Shown: in pieces, positions 30,652 through 40,815 of the stretch
How positions within the stretch are numbered: the first letter of the stretch is position 1
Layout: every line of letters starts with the position of its first letter
Assembly: GCA_965218425.1 (NCBI GenBank)
Contig: OZ244621.1
Span: 3,616,001-3,680,000, forward strand
Reading direction: 5' to 3'
DNA from: an uncultured Candidatus Binatia bacterium
Lineage (GTDB): Bacteria; Desulfobacterota; Binatia; UBA9968; CAXXLF01
Length of the DNA: 64,000 nucleotides
Notes under the pieces: generated by a model
What the model was told of the DNA's origin: nothing
Seen by the model: only the letters and a program-made list of their open reading frames with translations
Database searches by the model: none
Program-made: the position numbers and the translations under genes

Positions 30652-30687
30652 CGGTTGAAATCATTGCCGGGAGAATAGTTTGCCATA

Positions 30688-31650
30688 ATGGGTCGCTACA
30701 TTATCCAACGCCTGCTACACCTGATTCCTGTCTTATTACTCGTCAGCCTTATCGTATTCTTGATCGTTCACATTATCCCCGGTGATCCGATCCTGGTCAT
30801 GTTGGGCGTGGACCCTGAGGTGGGCGCCACCTACACCGAGGAGCAGTATAAAGAACTGCAAAAGATGCTGGGCTTTGATCAACCCGTCTACATCCAATAC
30901 TTTCGTTGGCTGGGACGGGTGCTCGAGGGTGATCTTGGTCTCTCGCTGCAATCCCGGCGGCCGGTGTTGGAAATACTACTGGAACGATATCCGGCAACCA
31001 TCTATCTAGCCCTGATGGCGTTTATCACTGTCATTTTGATTGCGCTTCCTGCGGGGATTATTGCGGCTGTCCGTCAAAACACGATTGTTGACTACAGCGC
31101 CATGGGATACGCCATGTGGGGCGTGGCGATCCCTAATTTCTGGTTGGGGCTTATGCTGATCCTACTCTTCAGCCTGAAACTCGGCATACTGCCATCTATC
31201 GGTTACGCAAGTCCTCTGGAGAGCCCGTTTAAATTTCTGCAGCATGTCTTCCTCCCTGCCATCGTTCTGGGAACCTCCATGGCGGCTTCGGTCACCCGTT
31301 ACATGCGTGCCGAGATGTTGGAACAGTTGCATCAAGACTACGTGCGTACTGCTCGTGCGAAAGGGCTTCCCCCACGTCTGGTCATCGTGAAGCATGCAGC
31401 CAAGAACTCAATGATCTCAATAGTGACAGTTTTGGGCCTGGACATCGCACGTTTATTGGGCGGATCCACCATTGTAGAGACGGTTTTTACCTGGCCGGGC
31501 GTCGCCAGTCTCCTCTTGGAAGGAATTTATGCACGGGACTATCCCATCGTGCAGGGTGCAGTCCTTATTATAGCGCTCACTTATGTGGCCATTAATCTGA
31601 TCGTTGATATCTTATATAAGTGGTTGGATCCCCGGATCAAACTGGAGTAG
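30688..31650 (+). CDS. Peptide/nickel ABC transporter permease (DppB-like)
   Basis: PGDP, GFDQPVYIQY and DYVRTARAKGL motifs. Confidence 0.93.
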   Translation: MGRYIIQRLLHLIPVLLLVSLIVFLIVHIIPGDPILVMLGVDPEVGATYTEEQYKELQKMLGFDQPVYIQYFRWLGRVLEGDLGLSLQSRRPVLEILLERYPATIYLALMAFITVILIALPAGIIAAVRQNTIVDYSAMGYAMWGVAIPNFWLGLMLILLFSLKLGILPSIGYASPLESPFKFLQHVFLPAIVLGTSMAASVTRYMRAEMLEQLHQDYVRTARAKGLPPRLVIVKHAAKNSMISIVTVLGLDIARLLGGSTIVETVFTWPGVASLLLEGIYARDYPIVQGAVLIIALTYVAINLIVDILYKWLDPRIKLE

Positions 31651-31657
31651 CCAAAGT

Positions 31658-32557
31658 ATGGAAACGGCACCGATGACCCCTGATTCCCAGTTAAAGAGAG
31701 GTTACCATATCTACAGCGCGCGCCTATGGGATGCGTCCAGGGTAATTGCCCGAAATCGCCTTGCGCTCATCGGGCTGGTGATAATCTTAACCGGGATATT
31801 TGCGGCAATTTTTGCCCCTTATATAACCACCCATGACCCCTTCGAGATCAGCATCGCGGAACGTTTACAGGCGCCGAGTCGGAACCACTGGTTGGGAACT
31901 GACTTCATGGGGCGGGACACCTATACCCGTGTTGTTTATGGCGCCCGGACAGCCTTTCAAGTGGCCATTGGGGCAGTGGTTTTGGGTGCCTTCTTTGGTA
32001 TACCCATTGGGCTTTTGGCGGGTTATTTCGGCAGGTGGGTTGATGCTGTCTTTATGAGGGTCATGGATGCCATCCTGGCCTTCCCCGGGCGGCTTTTGGC
32101 CATCGCTCTGGTGGCGTCCCTGGGAGGTGGACTCTTTTCCCTTTACGTGGCCATCGGAGTGAATTCCATCCCATCCTATGCAAGGATCGTCCGTGGTGCG
32201 GTGCTGTCACAAAAAGAGAAGGAGTACGTTGAGGCGGCACGGATGACGGGTGAAGCGGATCGAAATATTATGGTCATGCACATTCTTCCTAATTGTTTCG
32301 CGCCCCTGTTGGTCCGCCTGAGCCTTGATTTTGCAAGTGCGATCCTCACGGAGTCATCCTTGAGCTTTCTCGGTCTTGGATTTCCTCCTCCAACTCCAAG
32401 CTGGGGACTCATGTTGAAAGAGGTAAGTCCCTTTCTAGAGCTGCAGCCTTGGGCGGCTTTTGTTCCTGGTCTGACCATTTCTTTGATGATCCTAGGTTTT
32501 AATCTTCTCGGAGACGGTCTCCGGGATGTTTTCGATCCACGACAATATGAACGCTAA
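31658..32557 (+). CDS. Peptide/nickel ABC transporter permease (DppC-like)
   Basis: HWLGTDFMGRD, EYVEAAR, LSFLGLG and FNLLGDGLRDVFDPR motifs. Confidence 0.93.
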   Translation: METAPMTPDSQLKRGYHIYSARLWDASRVIARNRLALIGLVIILTGIFAAIFAPYITTHDPFEISIAERLQAPSRNHWLGTDFMGRDTYTRVVYGARTAFQVAIGAVVLGAFFGIPIGLLAGYFGRWVDAVFMRVMDAILAFPGRLLAIALVASLGGGLFSLYVAIGVNSIPSYARIVRGAVLSQKEKEYVEAARMTGEADRNIMVMHILPNCFAPLLVRLSLDFASAILTESSLSFLGLGFPPPTPSWGLMLKEVSPFLELQPWAAFVPGLTISLMILGFNLLGDGLRDVFDPRQYER

Positions 32558-33533
32558 GAACAATAACAGTGCGCTGCTTGAGATTCGAAACCTCAGGGTG
32601 GAGTTCAATTTAAAAGGGGGAGTCCTTCCCGCGGTGAATGGTGTTTCCTTCTCCCTGCAAGAGAGCGAAACCCTGGGCATCGTGGGGGAAACAGGCTCCG
32701 GAAAAAGCGTGACGGCCTTTTCCATCCTGCGTCTGATCCCGTCGCCGCCAGGAGAGATTGTCGGCGGAGAGATCCTCTTTGAGGGCGAGGACCTTCTCAA
32801 AAAAACGGATCGGGAGATGCAAAAGATTCGTGGGCGTAAGATCTCGATGGTCTTTCAGGAACCCATGACCTCACTGAACCCTTCCTTCACCGTAGGACAG
32901 CAGATTTCCGAGTGCTTTCGTATCCACATGGGGCATTCAAAGAGAGAGTCCCTTGAGGGAGCGCAGTATGTTCTTAATTCAGTGCGGGTTCCGTCGCCGA
33001 AGACGGTTCTGGATCGTTACCCCTATGAGCTCAGCGGCGGCCTCAGACAGAGGGTCATGATTGCCATGGCCCTTGCCTGCCAACCCAAAGTGCTTATCGC
33101 AGACGAGCCCACTACCGCCCTTGACGTCACCATTCAGGCTCAGATTTTGGAGCTCCTCAGGGAGTTGCAAGAACAGTTTAAGATGGCGCTGATTTTTATC
33201 TCTCACAATCTTGGAGTTGTCTCATCACTCTGCAACCGGATCGGGGTCATGTATGCAGGTTCTCTGGTGGAGCTGTCGGGAAAGGGAAATCTTTTCAGCA
33301 AACCCCTCCACCCCTATACCGTGGGTCTGCTGCGTGCCATTCCTAGGCCTGAGTATCGCGATCAACCCCTTGAGGCGATTCCCGGGTCCATTTGTGATCT
33401 TCTCGATCCGCCTTCGGGTTGCAAGTTTCATCCTCGTTGCTACAAGGTCAGAGAGATCTGTAAAACGGACCCTCCAAAACTAGAAAAGAAGGTGGGTGAC
33501 AATCAGGCGGCCTGTTTTTTTCCGGGGGAGTAA
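32547..33533 (+). CDS. Peptide ABC transporter ATP-binding protein (DppD-like)
   Basis: [24 protein letters not shown] and a C-terminal Cys cluster. Confidence 0.95.
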   Translation: MNAKNNNSALLEIRNLRVEFNLKGGVLPAVNGVSFSLQESETLGIVGETGSGKSVTAFSILRLIPSPPGEIVGGEILFEGEDLLKKTDREMQKIRGRKISMVFQEPMTSLNPSFTVGQQISECFRIHMGHSKRESLEGAQYVLNSVRVPSPKTVLDRYPYELSGGLRQRVMIAMALACQPKVLIADEPTTALDVTIQAQILELLRELQEQFKMALIFISHNLGVVSSLCNRIGVMYAGSLVELSGKGNLFSKPLHPYTVGLLRAIPRPEYRDQPLEAIPGSICDLLDPPSGCKFHPRCYKVREICKTDPPKLEKKVGDNQAACFFPGE

Positions 33534-33538
33534 CTTGA

Positions 33539-34510
33539 ATGAGTCTTCTTGAGGTTAAAGGCCTGACAAAATATTTTGACCTGAACCCTGGGTTGGTGGG
33601 GCGGCTGCTCTACGGTCAGCGGGTCCTCAGGGCCGTGGATCAAATTGACTTTTCCATCGAAGAGGGAAAAGTGTTTGGCCTTGTGGGAGAAAGCGGATGC
33701 GGCAAGTCCACCACGGCGCGTCTGATTACGCGGTTAGTCCCCGCCACGGGCGGAGAGGTTTATTTTGGGGGGCAAAATATATTTACTCTGCCCAAGAAGC
33801 AGGTTCGTGAGCTGAGAAAACATATCCAAATGGTTTTTCAGGATCCTTTTGCCTCTCTCAATCCCCGGATGCGAATCGTGGATATCGTGGGACGTCCACT
33901 CAATCTTTACTTTGGCGCAACAGGAGACAAAAGGGCAAGGCAAGTGGGCGAACTGTTGGAGCTAGTGGGGCTGCAACCAGACCACATTTACCGTTATCCG
34001 CATGAGTTTAGCGGCGGACAGCGTCAAAGGATTGGAATTGCCAGGGCCCTGGCAACCTCCCCCAAGTTGATCATCGCCGACGAACCGGTATCCTCGCTCG
34101 ACGTTTCAGTGCAGGCACAAATTCTTAACCTGTTTAAGAAACTTCAGCGAGAACTCAATTTGACGATCTTATTTATTTCCCATGATCTGAATGTGGTGGA
34201 ATATATGGCGGATGTGGTGGCCGTCATGTATGCGGGGAAGATCGTTGAGACAGCTCAAACGCAGGATCTGTTTCAACATCGCGTGCACCCCTACACCCAG
34301 GGACTTATTGCATCGAATCCATCAATGAATCTGAATGCCGCCAATGAAAAACAAGAAATTCTAAAAGGAGAGGTGGCCCTTCCCATCAATCCTTCTCCGG
34401 GATGTAGATTTGATTCCCGCTGTCCCATTCGCGTAGATAAATGCAAGAGCATGGAGCCGCCGCTGGAAGCAAAGCGGCCGAATCATCTTGCAGCCTGCCA
34501 CGAAGTATAG
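33539..34510 (+). CDS. Peptide ABC transporter ATP-binding protein (DppF-like)
   Basis: GESGCGKST, FSGGQRQR, DEPVSSLD and a C-terminal Cys cluster. Confidence 0.95.
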   Translation: MSLLEVKGLTKYFDLNPGLVGRLLYGQRVLRAVDQIDFSIEEGKVFGLVGESGCGKSTTARLITRLVPATGGEVYFGGQNIFTLPKKQVRELRKHIQMVFQDPFASLNPRMRIVDIVGRPLNLYFGATGDKRARQVGELLELVGLQPDHIYRYPHEFSGGQRQRIGIARALATSPKLIIADEPVSSLDVSVQAQILNLFKKLQRELNLTILFISHDLNVVEYMADVVAVMYAGKIVETAQTQDLFQHRVHPYTQGLIASNPSMNLNAANEKQEILKGEVALPINPSPGCRFDSRCPIRVDKCKSMEPPLEAKRPNHLAACHEV

Positions 34511-34558
34511 GCCCGAATTCAACCTTGCCGAGAATCCATGTAGAATTTTGTTGAACGT

Positions 34559-36025
34559 ATGAGTCCCATGAGCGATCAACACGATCACCGTCACTCCCAT
34601 GACCACGACGAGCTCCATGGTGTCAAGCTAGGCCGTCTGACCAGCGTCGGGATTGACATCGGGTCATCCACCTCGCATCTAATGTTTTCACAGATGCATG
34701 TGGGGTACCCTTCCTTGCACTGTCGCCGACCCGAGGTGTTGGAGCGCGAGATTCTGAGTCGTTCGCCCGTCCTTTTAACTCCCTTTTCTCACGACTGGAC
34801 TATCGAAATGAAACCGCTGGAGGGACTGGTACAGACCTCCTTTGGGCAGGCCGGTTTGAAACCGGATGAAGTGGATACGGGAGCCGTCATCATCACGGGT
34901 GAGGCGGCGCGACGAAGCAATGCGAAAAACCTCGTGGAATACTTTTCAACCCAATCCGGTCGATTTGTCTGTGCTACCGCAGGACCGAGGCTGGAAATGC
35001 TCTTGGCGGCCCATGGGTCCGGGGCTATTCGGCTAAGCCAAGAGAAGGGGCTGAATTTGATCAACATCGACGTAGGAGGAGGAACCACAAAAGTCGGAGT
35101 CATAAACCGTGGTCGGTTGGTGGATGGTGGGGTCTTTAATATTGGTGCCCGGGTGGTGGCCCATGAGGATGGAAAATTAATCCGTGTGGAACGGTCTGGA
35201 AAGAGTTTCTTGGAGCAGGTGGGGCATCCCGTTTCGGTGGGAGACTCCGTAGATCCGAGGTGGTGCGCTCTTGTGTCCGGGAAGATGTCCGAGGCGCTGT
35301 TTGGCATCCTTGGTGGTACAACTCCCGCAGATGAAATGGTTGTCTCTCCCTTCACAGAAGGTCCGCCGTTTCATGATGTGGACGGGGTCATCTTTTCCGG
35401 TGGCGTGTCCGAATACATTTACGGACGTGAAAAGAGAGTTTTCGGAGATCTGGGGCCCAGCCTCGGGGATGAAATGAAGCGTCGTACGGAGGATTTTGGC
35501 TGGGCTCTCCTGGATGGTATAGAGGGCTTGCGTGCTACTGTTATCGGGGCTTCGCAATACTCGCTTCGGTTGAGCGGAGAGACAATCCATATCCCGGATC
35601 TTGAGGCGCTCCCGCTACACAATATTCGAGTCTACCCGGTGAGGGTGGAATGGGGGCCCGATGTGGCGGTGAAGTCACGGAAATCCGTCTTGGGGGCCGT
35701 TGAAACCATGGACCCTGAGGTGAAAGGGTATCCCTTTGCTCTGGTGATCGTCTCTCCTCCATTTATAGGGTATGGGATGGCCTTAGAATTGGCCAAAGGT
35801 CTCCGTAGCGCTCTGGAATCCTTGAGTCCCTCGGACCGGCCGAAGGTCCTGGTGTTCGAGCAGAATATAGGGCGCGTGGTGGGGGAGGCCATAGGGGAAG
35901 ACCTCAAGACGCTGTGCATCGATGAGGTGACGCTTTCCGAGCTTGACTTCGTTGATATTGGTAGACCGCTGGACCATGAAACCTTTGTTCCGGTGGTGGT
36001 GAAGAGCCTCGTCTTTGAAAGCTAA
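34559..36025 (+). CDS. eutA: EutA-like reactivating-factor ATPase (ASKHA fold) with His-rich N-terminus
   Basis: SVGIDIGSSTSHLMFS, GAVIITGEAARR.NA, ATAGPRLE..LAAHGSGA, NIDVGGGTTK, FSGGVSE, RATVIGASQ and CIDEV....DFVDIG....VPVVVKSLVF motifs. Confidence 0.8.
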   Translation: MSPMSDQHDHRHSHDHDELHGVKLGRLTSVGIDIGSSTSHLMFSQMHVGYPSLHCRRPEVLEREILSRSPVLLTPFSHDWTIEMKPLEGLVQTSFGQAGLKPDEVDTGAVIITGEAARRSNAKNLVEYFSTQSGRFVCATAGPRLEMLLAAHGSGAIRLSQEKGLNLINIDVGGGTTKVGVINRGRLVDGGVFNIGARVVAHEDGKLIRVERSGKSFLEQVGHPVSVGDSVDPRWCALVSGKMSEALFGILGGTTPADEMVVSPFTEGPPFHDVDGVIFSGGVSEYIYGREKRVFGDLGPSLGDEMKRRTEDFGWALLDGIEGLRATVIGASQYSLRLSGETIHIPDLEALPLHNIRVYPVRVEWGPDVAVKSRKSVLGAVETMDPEVKGYPFALVIVSPPFIGYGMALELAKGLRSALESLSPSDRPKVLVFEQNIGRVVGEAIGEDLKTLCIDEVTLSELDFVDIGRPLDHETFVPVVVKSLVFES

Positions 36026-36126
36026 ATTCGAGTTCGGCAACCTCAGCCTCCATTTTTCACACCAAAGACTAGACGCGGATATTTAAAATTTTCGATGGAA
36101 TTTTGGATTACGGAATTGAGAAAAAG

Positions 36127-36202
36127 ATGACTCGCGCGAAGACGCAAAGGACGCCAAGTTCGGAAAAAATAGCTAATGTTTTTCTTTGCGCGCTTGGCGC
36201 GA
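36127..36202. repeat. CGCAAAG/CTTTGCG-type palindromic element; its first 34 bp recur inverted at 37747-37780
   Basis: ATGACTCGCGCGAAGACGCAAAGGACGCCAAGTT ... CTTTGCGCGCTTGGCGCGA. Confidence 0.7.
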
Positions 36203-36350
36203 AAAATCTTCTTGAAGTCGTTCCCCTTTCTGTCAAACAATTGATTGGGCCTAACTCGCCAGGTTTGACATCTGATTGGGCTTTAGATAGCAAGTACATT
36301 AGTCTTTCAGTGTCTGAGGCAAGTCACCACCGGTCATAAGCGGGGAATTT

Positions 36351-37547
36351 ATGAGTTGGAATGGCTGTAAAGTAATAGACATGGATACCCATGTGTACGA
36401 GCGACCAGACAAGATGTACGGCGACTATCTTGATCCGGCTTTCCGGGAACCCTATGAGCAATTGTGCGAGGCCATTGAGAAACAAGCGGCGGAAGGACGC
36501 AACTATTCCCTGTTCGGTACCCGTCACGCAGTGATTGAACCCTTCGAGGCGGGCAGACCCCTTGGCATTCACGACACCTTCGGTCTCAGTCGTCAGCGGG
36601 GTTCGGGAAAGCGGGTCATGAAAGATCGGGGTCAGGCGGTTACCACCGAGCCCATTCGCCCGGAGGTGAGTTGGGACGCCAAGGCTCGGGTAGAGGACAT
36701 GGATAAGGCATCCGTCGACGTGAACGTGATTTTTGCAACCCATGTTTCCAGCTATTGCGCTCTGCGTGATGTGGGTTTTGAGACCGCGCTCTATCGCGCT
36801 TACAACCGATGGGTGGCCGACTTTTGTGCGCAGGCTCCGAAAAGGTTGAAATGGACCCTTTCCGTGAATATGCGGGATGTCCAGGCAGGGGTCGCTGAGG
36901 TCAAGTACTGGGGCAATCGTGATTCGAACCTAGTGGGAATCTATACCCCTCAAGTGGGACCCGGCGGTAAGCTTCTGGATAACCCGGATTTCCATCCACT
37001 TTACGAAGTGGCCCAGGATCTCGAACTCCCCCTTATGGTTCATCCGGGAACGGGACGACCACCTTATACACCCGGTAGTTTTGAACTCGACGGGAGTTGG
37101 TTCCTTATTCAGAGTCTTTTGAATCCTTGGGCGGGAATGACGGCCATGGCAACCCTGGTGGGTGGAGGGATCCTGGACTTGTTTCCTAAACTGCGCGTGG
37201 CCGTTATCGAGACCAGCGGGGGATGGGTTCCTGTGATCGTGGACCGCCTGGATTCACATTACCTGGCCTCGCCTAGCCACGTCCCCAATTTGACACGGTT
37301 GCCACGGGAGGCGGTTACCGACGGACGTTATGCCCACGCCATCGATACCTGGGAAAGTTCCATCGAGCAGAGTGTGCAATCTCTAGGAGAGGACGTTTGG
37401 CTCTTTGCCACGGATTATCCTCACAAAGGAACCCAATGGCCCAGGGGTGTCCGGCAAATCGTTGAGTTGCCGGGCTTGTCGGACGGTGCAAAACGCAAGA
37501 TTCTGGGAGAAAACGCCATGCGTTTTTGTCCAAGATTACGCGACTAG
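36351..37547 (+). CDS. Amidohydrolase-2 family metalloenzyme
   Basis: VIDMDTHVYE, LMVHPG, FPKLRVAVIETSGGW and FATDYPH motifs. Confidence 0.88.
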   Translation: MSWNGCKVIDMDTHVYERPDKMYGDYLDPAFREPYEQLCEAIEKQAAEGRNYSLFGTRHAVIEPFEAGRPLGIHDTFGLSRQRGSGKRVMKDRGQAVTTEPIRPEVSWDAKARVEDMDKASVDVNVIFATHVSSYCALRDVGFETALYRAYNRWVADFCAQAPKRLKWTLSVNMRDVQAGVAEVKYWGNRDSNLVGIYTPQVGPGGKLLDNPDFHPLYEVAQDLELPLMVHPGTGRPPYTPGSFELDGSWFLIQSLLNPWAGMTAMATLVGGGILDLFPKLRVAVIETSGGWVPVIVDRLDSHYLASPSHVPNLTRLPREAVTDGRYAHAIDTWESSIEQSVQSLGEDVWLFATDYPHKGTQWPRGVRQIVELPGLSDGAKRKILGENAMRFCPRLRD

Positions 37548-37616
37548 CCTAAATCATAGAAATGTTCACCCGAACAAATTTAACGGTCTTTATGGCGCCA
37601 AGATCCCCGCGAATTC

Positions 37617-37780
37617 AAATCCGAATTCCGAAGCCCGAAACCTCAAATGAACCGAAACACTCAAATCTGAATATCGAAATCCAAACAAGATTATTTGCAA
37701 TTTTATGTTTTTTGGTCATTTAAGTTTGTTTCGAATTTCTAATTTAAACTTGGCGTTCTTTGCGTCTGCGCGCGAGTCAT
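37617..37780. repeat. Composite repeat: heptamer inverted-repeat element abutting an inverted copy of the 36127 element
   Basis: AAATCCG AATTCCG AAGCCCG AAACCTC ... TTTGTTT CGAATTT CTAATTT, then AACTTGGCGTTCTTTGCGTCTGCGCGCGAGTCAT. Confidence 0.65.
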
Positions 37781-37866
37781 TGTGTTTCGATTCTATCATC
37801 AAAACATCAATCGGGCTTTACAGGTTTCCTTGGCTAGTTGGACACTGAATGAGGAGAGAGAGGTCA

Positions 37867-38796
37867 ATGCAAGAAGTCAAGCTTGCCTACAGGGATAACG
37901 ATCGAACGCCAGTCATTTTTTGTATCAAGGAAATGGCCAGACGCTATTACGATATTGACGTCAAGGTAAAGCAGATCAGAAGTGCGGCTGAGTATGAGGC
38001 GGCGATTTTTGACGGCGCCGCCGACGTGATTATTGAACGGATGGATTATCTTTTCGCAGAGGTGGCCAAGGGACGCAAGGTGACGATGTTTTGTGCCCCT
38101 GTGATTACCAGCGGAGCGGATCTGGTGGTGCCGGACCAAGTCAAAAGCATCAATGACCTAAAGGGAAAGAAGATTGCCGTGCGGGCAGCGGGAAGGCCGT
38201 TTACCGTGGCCGTGAGGCTCAGAAAGATGGGGTTGGAAAAGGATGTGGAGCGGGTCATTGTTTCGGATGATGAGGTGGGTCGTTGGGGACAGTGGAAAAA
38301 AGTAGTAAATGGGGAATGTATTGCGACCTATATGACTCCCATTTATTTGTCTGAGGCCCTTGGGGCGGGTTTGAAGGTCCTAGAGACACCAGAGCTCGAG
38401 GTGATTGGCCATTTCGCGCAAGCCTGTGCCACAAAATTTGCTCGTGAGAACCATGAGCTGCTTGGAAACTACGTTCGGTCCGTGGTTCACGCGTTGTGCC
38501 TGATGAAGCTCCGACGCCGGGAGACAATGGACATTGTAGCTCAGGAACCCATGCGACTGATGAAGATACAGGATCGGAAAGAATTAGAGCGACAGGTGGA
38601 TGGTATCATCCATGAGTTGCAGGTTAAGCCCTACCCGACACCGGAGGGAATCACCAACAGCCACGAGATTTCCACGGATGAGTGGCCCGCGGGCGAGGCG
38701 CTGGAGAATCCTTTGACCCTTTGGGATCTCCATTGGTTGAAGCGGCTCGATGACGAGGGCTTTATTGATGATTTAATCAGGCAAATGAAAGGATAA
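37867..38796 (+). CDS. NMT1/THI5/SsuA-like binding-fold protein, no signal peptide (homolog of 26423..27394)
   Basis: SINDLKGKKIAV, KPYPTPEGI and PLTLWDLHWLKRLDDEGFIDDL motifs; GAGG RBS before ATG 37867. Confidence 0.72.
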   Translation: MQEVKLAYRDNDRTPVIFCIKEMARRYYDIDVKVKQIRSAAEYEAAIFDGAADVIIERMDYLFAEVAKGRKVTMFCAPVITSGADLVVPDQVKSINDLKGKKIAVRAAGRPFTVAVRLRKMGLEKDVERVIVSDDEVGRWGQWKKVVNGECIATYMTPIYLSEALGAGLKVLETPELEVIGHFAQACATKFARENHELLGNYVRSVVHALCLMKLRRRETMDIVAQEPMRLMKIQDRKELERQVDGIIHELQVKPYPTPEGITNSHEISTDEWPAGEALENPLTLWDLHWLKRLDDEGFIDDLIRQMKG

Positions 38797-38892
38797 GCCA
38801 CCTTTTCGATTCTGAAGCGTTAGTTCCCGGAATCGCCCTAATCTATTGTCCTCGTTAAATACTGAACCCAACGCCCTGAGCCTTAGGGGGGA

Positions 38893-40635
38893 TCAATTTT
38901 CTCCACTTCTCACGATCAATCGTCCTCCGAGCATTCGTGCGAGAAGAGAAGTCATCACAACAAGGACCACAATCACTACCCCAACGGCCATCGCCTTTTC
39001 GGGAGAACTTTCGCCTGTAATCCAATCTAACATGAGCAGTGATAAGGTCCGTGTATTGGCGGTTCCCAACAGTACCAATGTGCTTATATCCCTCGCCGCG
39101 GAATTAAAGACCAATAGCCCCACGACAATAAGCATCGGTAATGTGAGAGGAAAGAGGATACGGCAGTAGGTGGTGAACCATGAGCCGCCGCATATACGAG
39201 ACGCTTCCTCGAGCTCGCTGCTTAGTTGGAGCATGGACGTTTTCATGAACTGAACACCGAACGGCATGCTCTTTATGACTATAGCTAAAATCATCAGGTA
39301 GGTAGTTCCATGGAGGCTTTTAAGAATAGGTGTGTTGAGAAAAGTCCACAGAAAACCAAAGCCCAGTAGAATACCGGGGATGGACCAGGGCAACCAAGAA
39401 ATAAAATCCAACAACGATTTGCCGAAAAACTGTCTTTTCACTATCAGATAGGCCACAAAGGAATAAAAAATTATCCCGATAAGGGCCGCTCCTAGGCCAA
39501 TGGCAAAAGTATTGATTAGGGCGCCAATAAAGGTAGTGTCCTGTAAGACTGCGGACCAATGATCCAAGGTCCATACTTTAGGGATGTTGAAGAAGCCGAA
39601 GACGGTCATGAAAGTTCCCAAAACTAGGAAAGCCGTTGGGACAATCGTAATCAGGGACACGACCAATAAGACGAGAGCAAAGATGGGATACCTCCAGCGG
39701 CCCAATGCAGTGGCACGGTTAGAGTAACGGCCGGTAAGAGTCGCATATTCTCTCCGTCCGATATACATGCGATTAAAGGCCACTAGGGCAAGCAAGATTA
39801 GGAGGAAAAAGCTGCTGAGGGCAGAGGCGGGGGCAATTCCGCCCAAGGGATCATGCTCGATCATGCTATGGATCCTTGTGGAGTAAACGTCAATTCCTAC
39901 ACGAAATCCCAAGATGAGCTCAATTTCGAATGCTTCCAGAGCTCGGATGAGGCCAAGGATAGTGGTAACCAAAATAGCCGGCGACATAATCGGAATGATA
40001 ATGTGTCTTAAGGTGATCCACGAACTTGCTCCCGCGGTACGGGATGCTTCCTCGAGGGCTGCGTCCATATTTCGAAAGGCGGGCGTCAATAACATCACCT
40101 TTACTCCGAGGGTCGTAGCGGTGAGATGGGCCCAGACGATTCCCCAGAATGAGTAAATGTTGAAAACCGGCCTGTCAATAAAAGGAAGCGTTCCCAGCCA
40201 TGCATTGACTAATCCAACCTTCGGGTCGAATGCTAAGATCCATCCCATGGTGATGGGCAAGGCCGGCATGAAAAAAGATAGCCAAAACATGAATTCCATG
40301 CCGCCCTTCATGGGAAGATCGGTGCGGGACAGGAGCCATGCCATTAGAATACCAAGCACAAGTGCGATAAGCTGACGGACGATGGCCAAAGCGAACGTGT
40401 TATAGATAGACTTTAAAATGCCCGGAGAGTTGAACGCCTCCTTCCACCCGTCTATACCATGGACTATGGGTTCCCATGGCTTGGAAATGACAAAGCTACT
40501 AAAAACAGTCCATATTAAAGGCGCAAGAACCAGAAAACAGACAATCGCAAGAAATAGACTCAGGAATAGCGCCTGAAGACTAAAGTGCAAAGACCCACGG
40601 GTCGCCTTCGCTAACGATGCACTGGGGCTGGCCAT
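38893..40635 (-). CDS. ABC transporter permease, FbpB (iron/thiamine) type with two TM domains
   Basis: Two EAA loops: ALEEASRTAGAS and ELEEASRICGGS. Confidence 0.9.
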   Translation of the reverse strand: MASPSASLAKATRGSLHFSLQALFLSLFLAIVCFLVLAPLIWTVFSSFVISKPWEPIVHGIDGWKEAFNSPGILKSIYNTFALAIVRQLIALVLGILMAWLLSRTDLPMKGGMEFMFWLSFFMPALPITMGWILAFDPKVGLVNAWLGTLPFIDRPVFNIYSFWGIVWAHLTATTLGVKVMLLTPAFRNMDAALEEASRTAGASSWITLRHIIIPIMSPAILVTTILGLIRALEAFEIELILGFRVGIDVYSTRIHSMIEHDPLGGIAPASALSSFFLLILLALVAFNRMYIGRREYATLTGRYSNRATALGRWRYPIFALVLLVVSLITIVPTAFLVLGTFMTVFGFFNIPKVWTLDHWSAVLQDTTFIGALINTFAIGLGAALIGIIFYSFVAYLIVKRQFFGKSLLDFISWLPWSIPGILLGFGFLWTFLNTPILKSLHGTTYLMILAIVIKSMPFGVQFMKTSMLQLSSELEEASRICGGSWFTTYCRILFPLTLPMLIVVGLLVFNSAARDISTLVLLGTANTRTLSLLMLDWITGESSPEKAMAVGVVIVVLVVMTSLLARMLGGRLIVRSGEN

Positions 40636-40815
40636 TTAGGGTGTTCCATTGACTTAATGTATTCTGGAAGCGTCGGTTTGAGGTCTCGCTGAATGGAAGT
40701 CTAATATACCTGAGCGCACGGCAGACTAACCGTGCCGAGATTTCACTTTAGAGAGGGGCCGCACGAGAATTTGAGTCCTGCGAGGACCCCTCTGATCGGT
40801 GGGAATTCTTGTTCG

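Noticed and set aside
36043..36339. Three overlapping short ORFs
   Set aside because: Products of the CGCAAAG/CTTTGCG repeat element.
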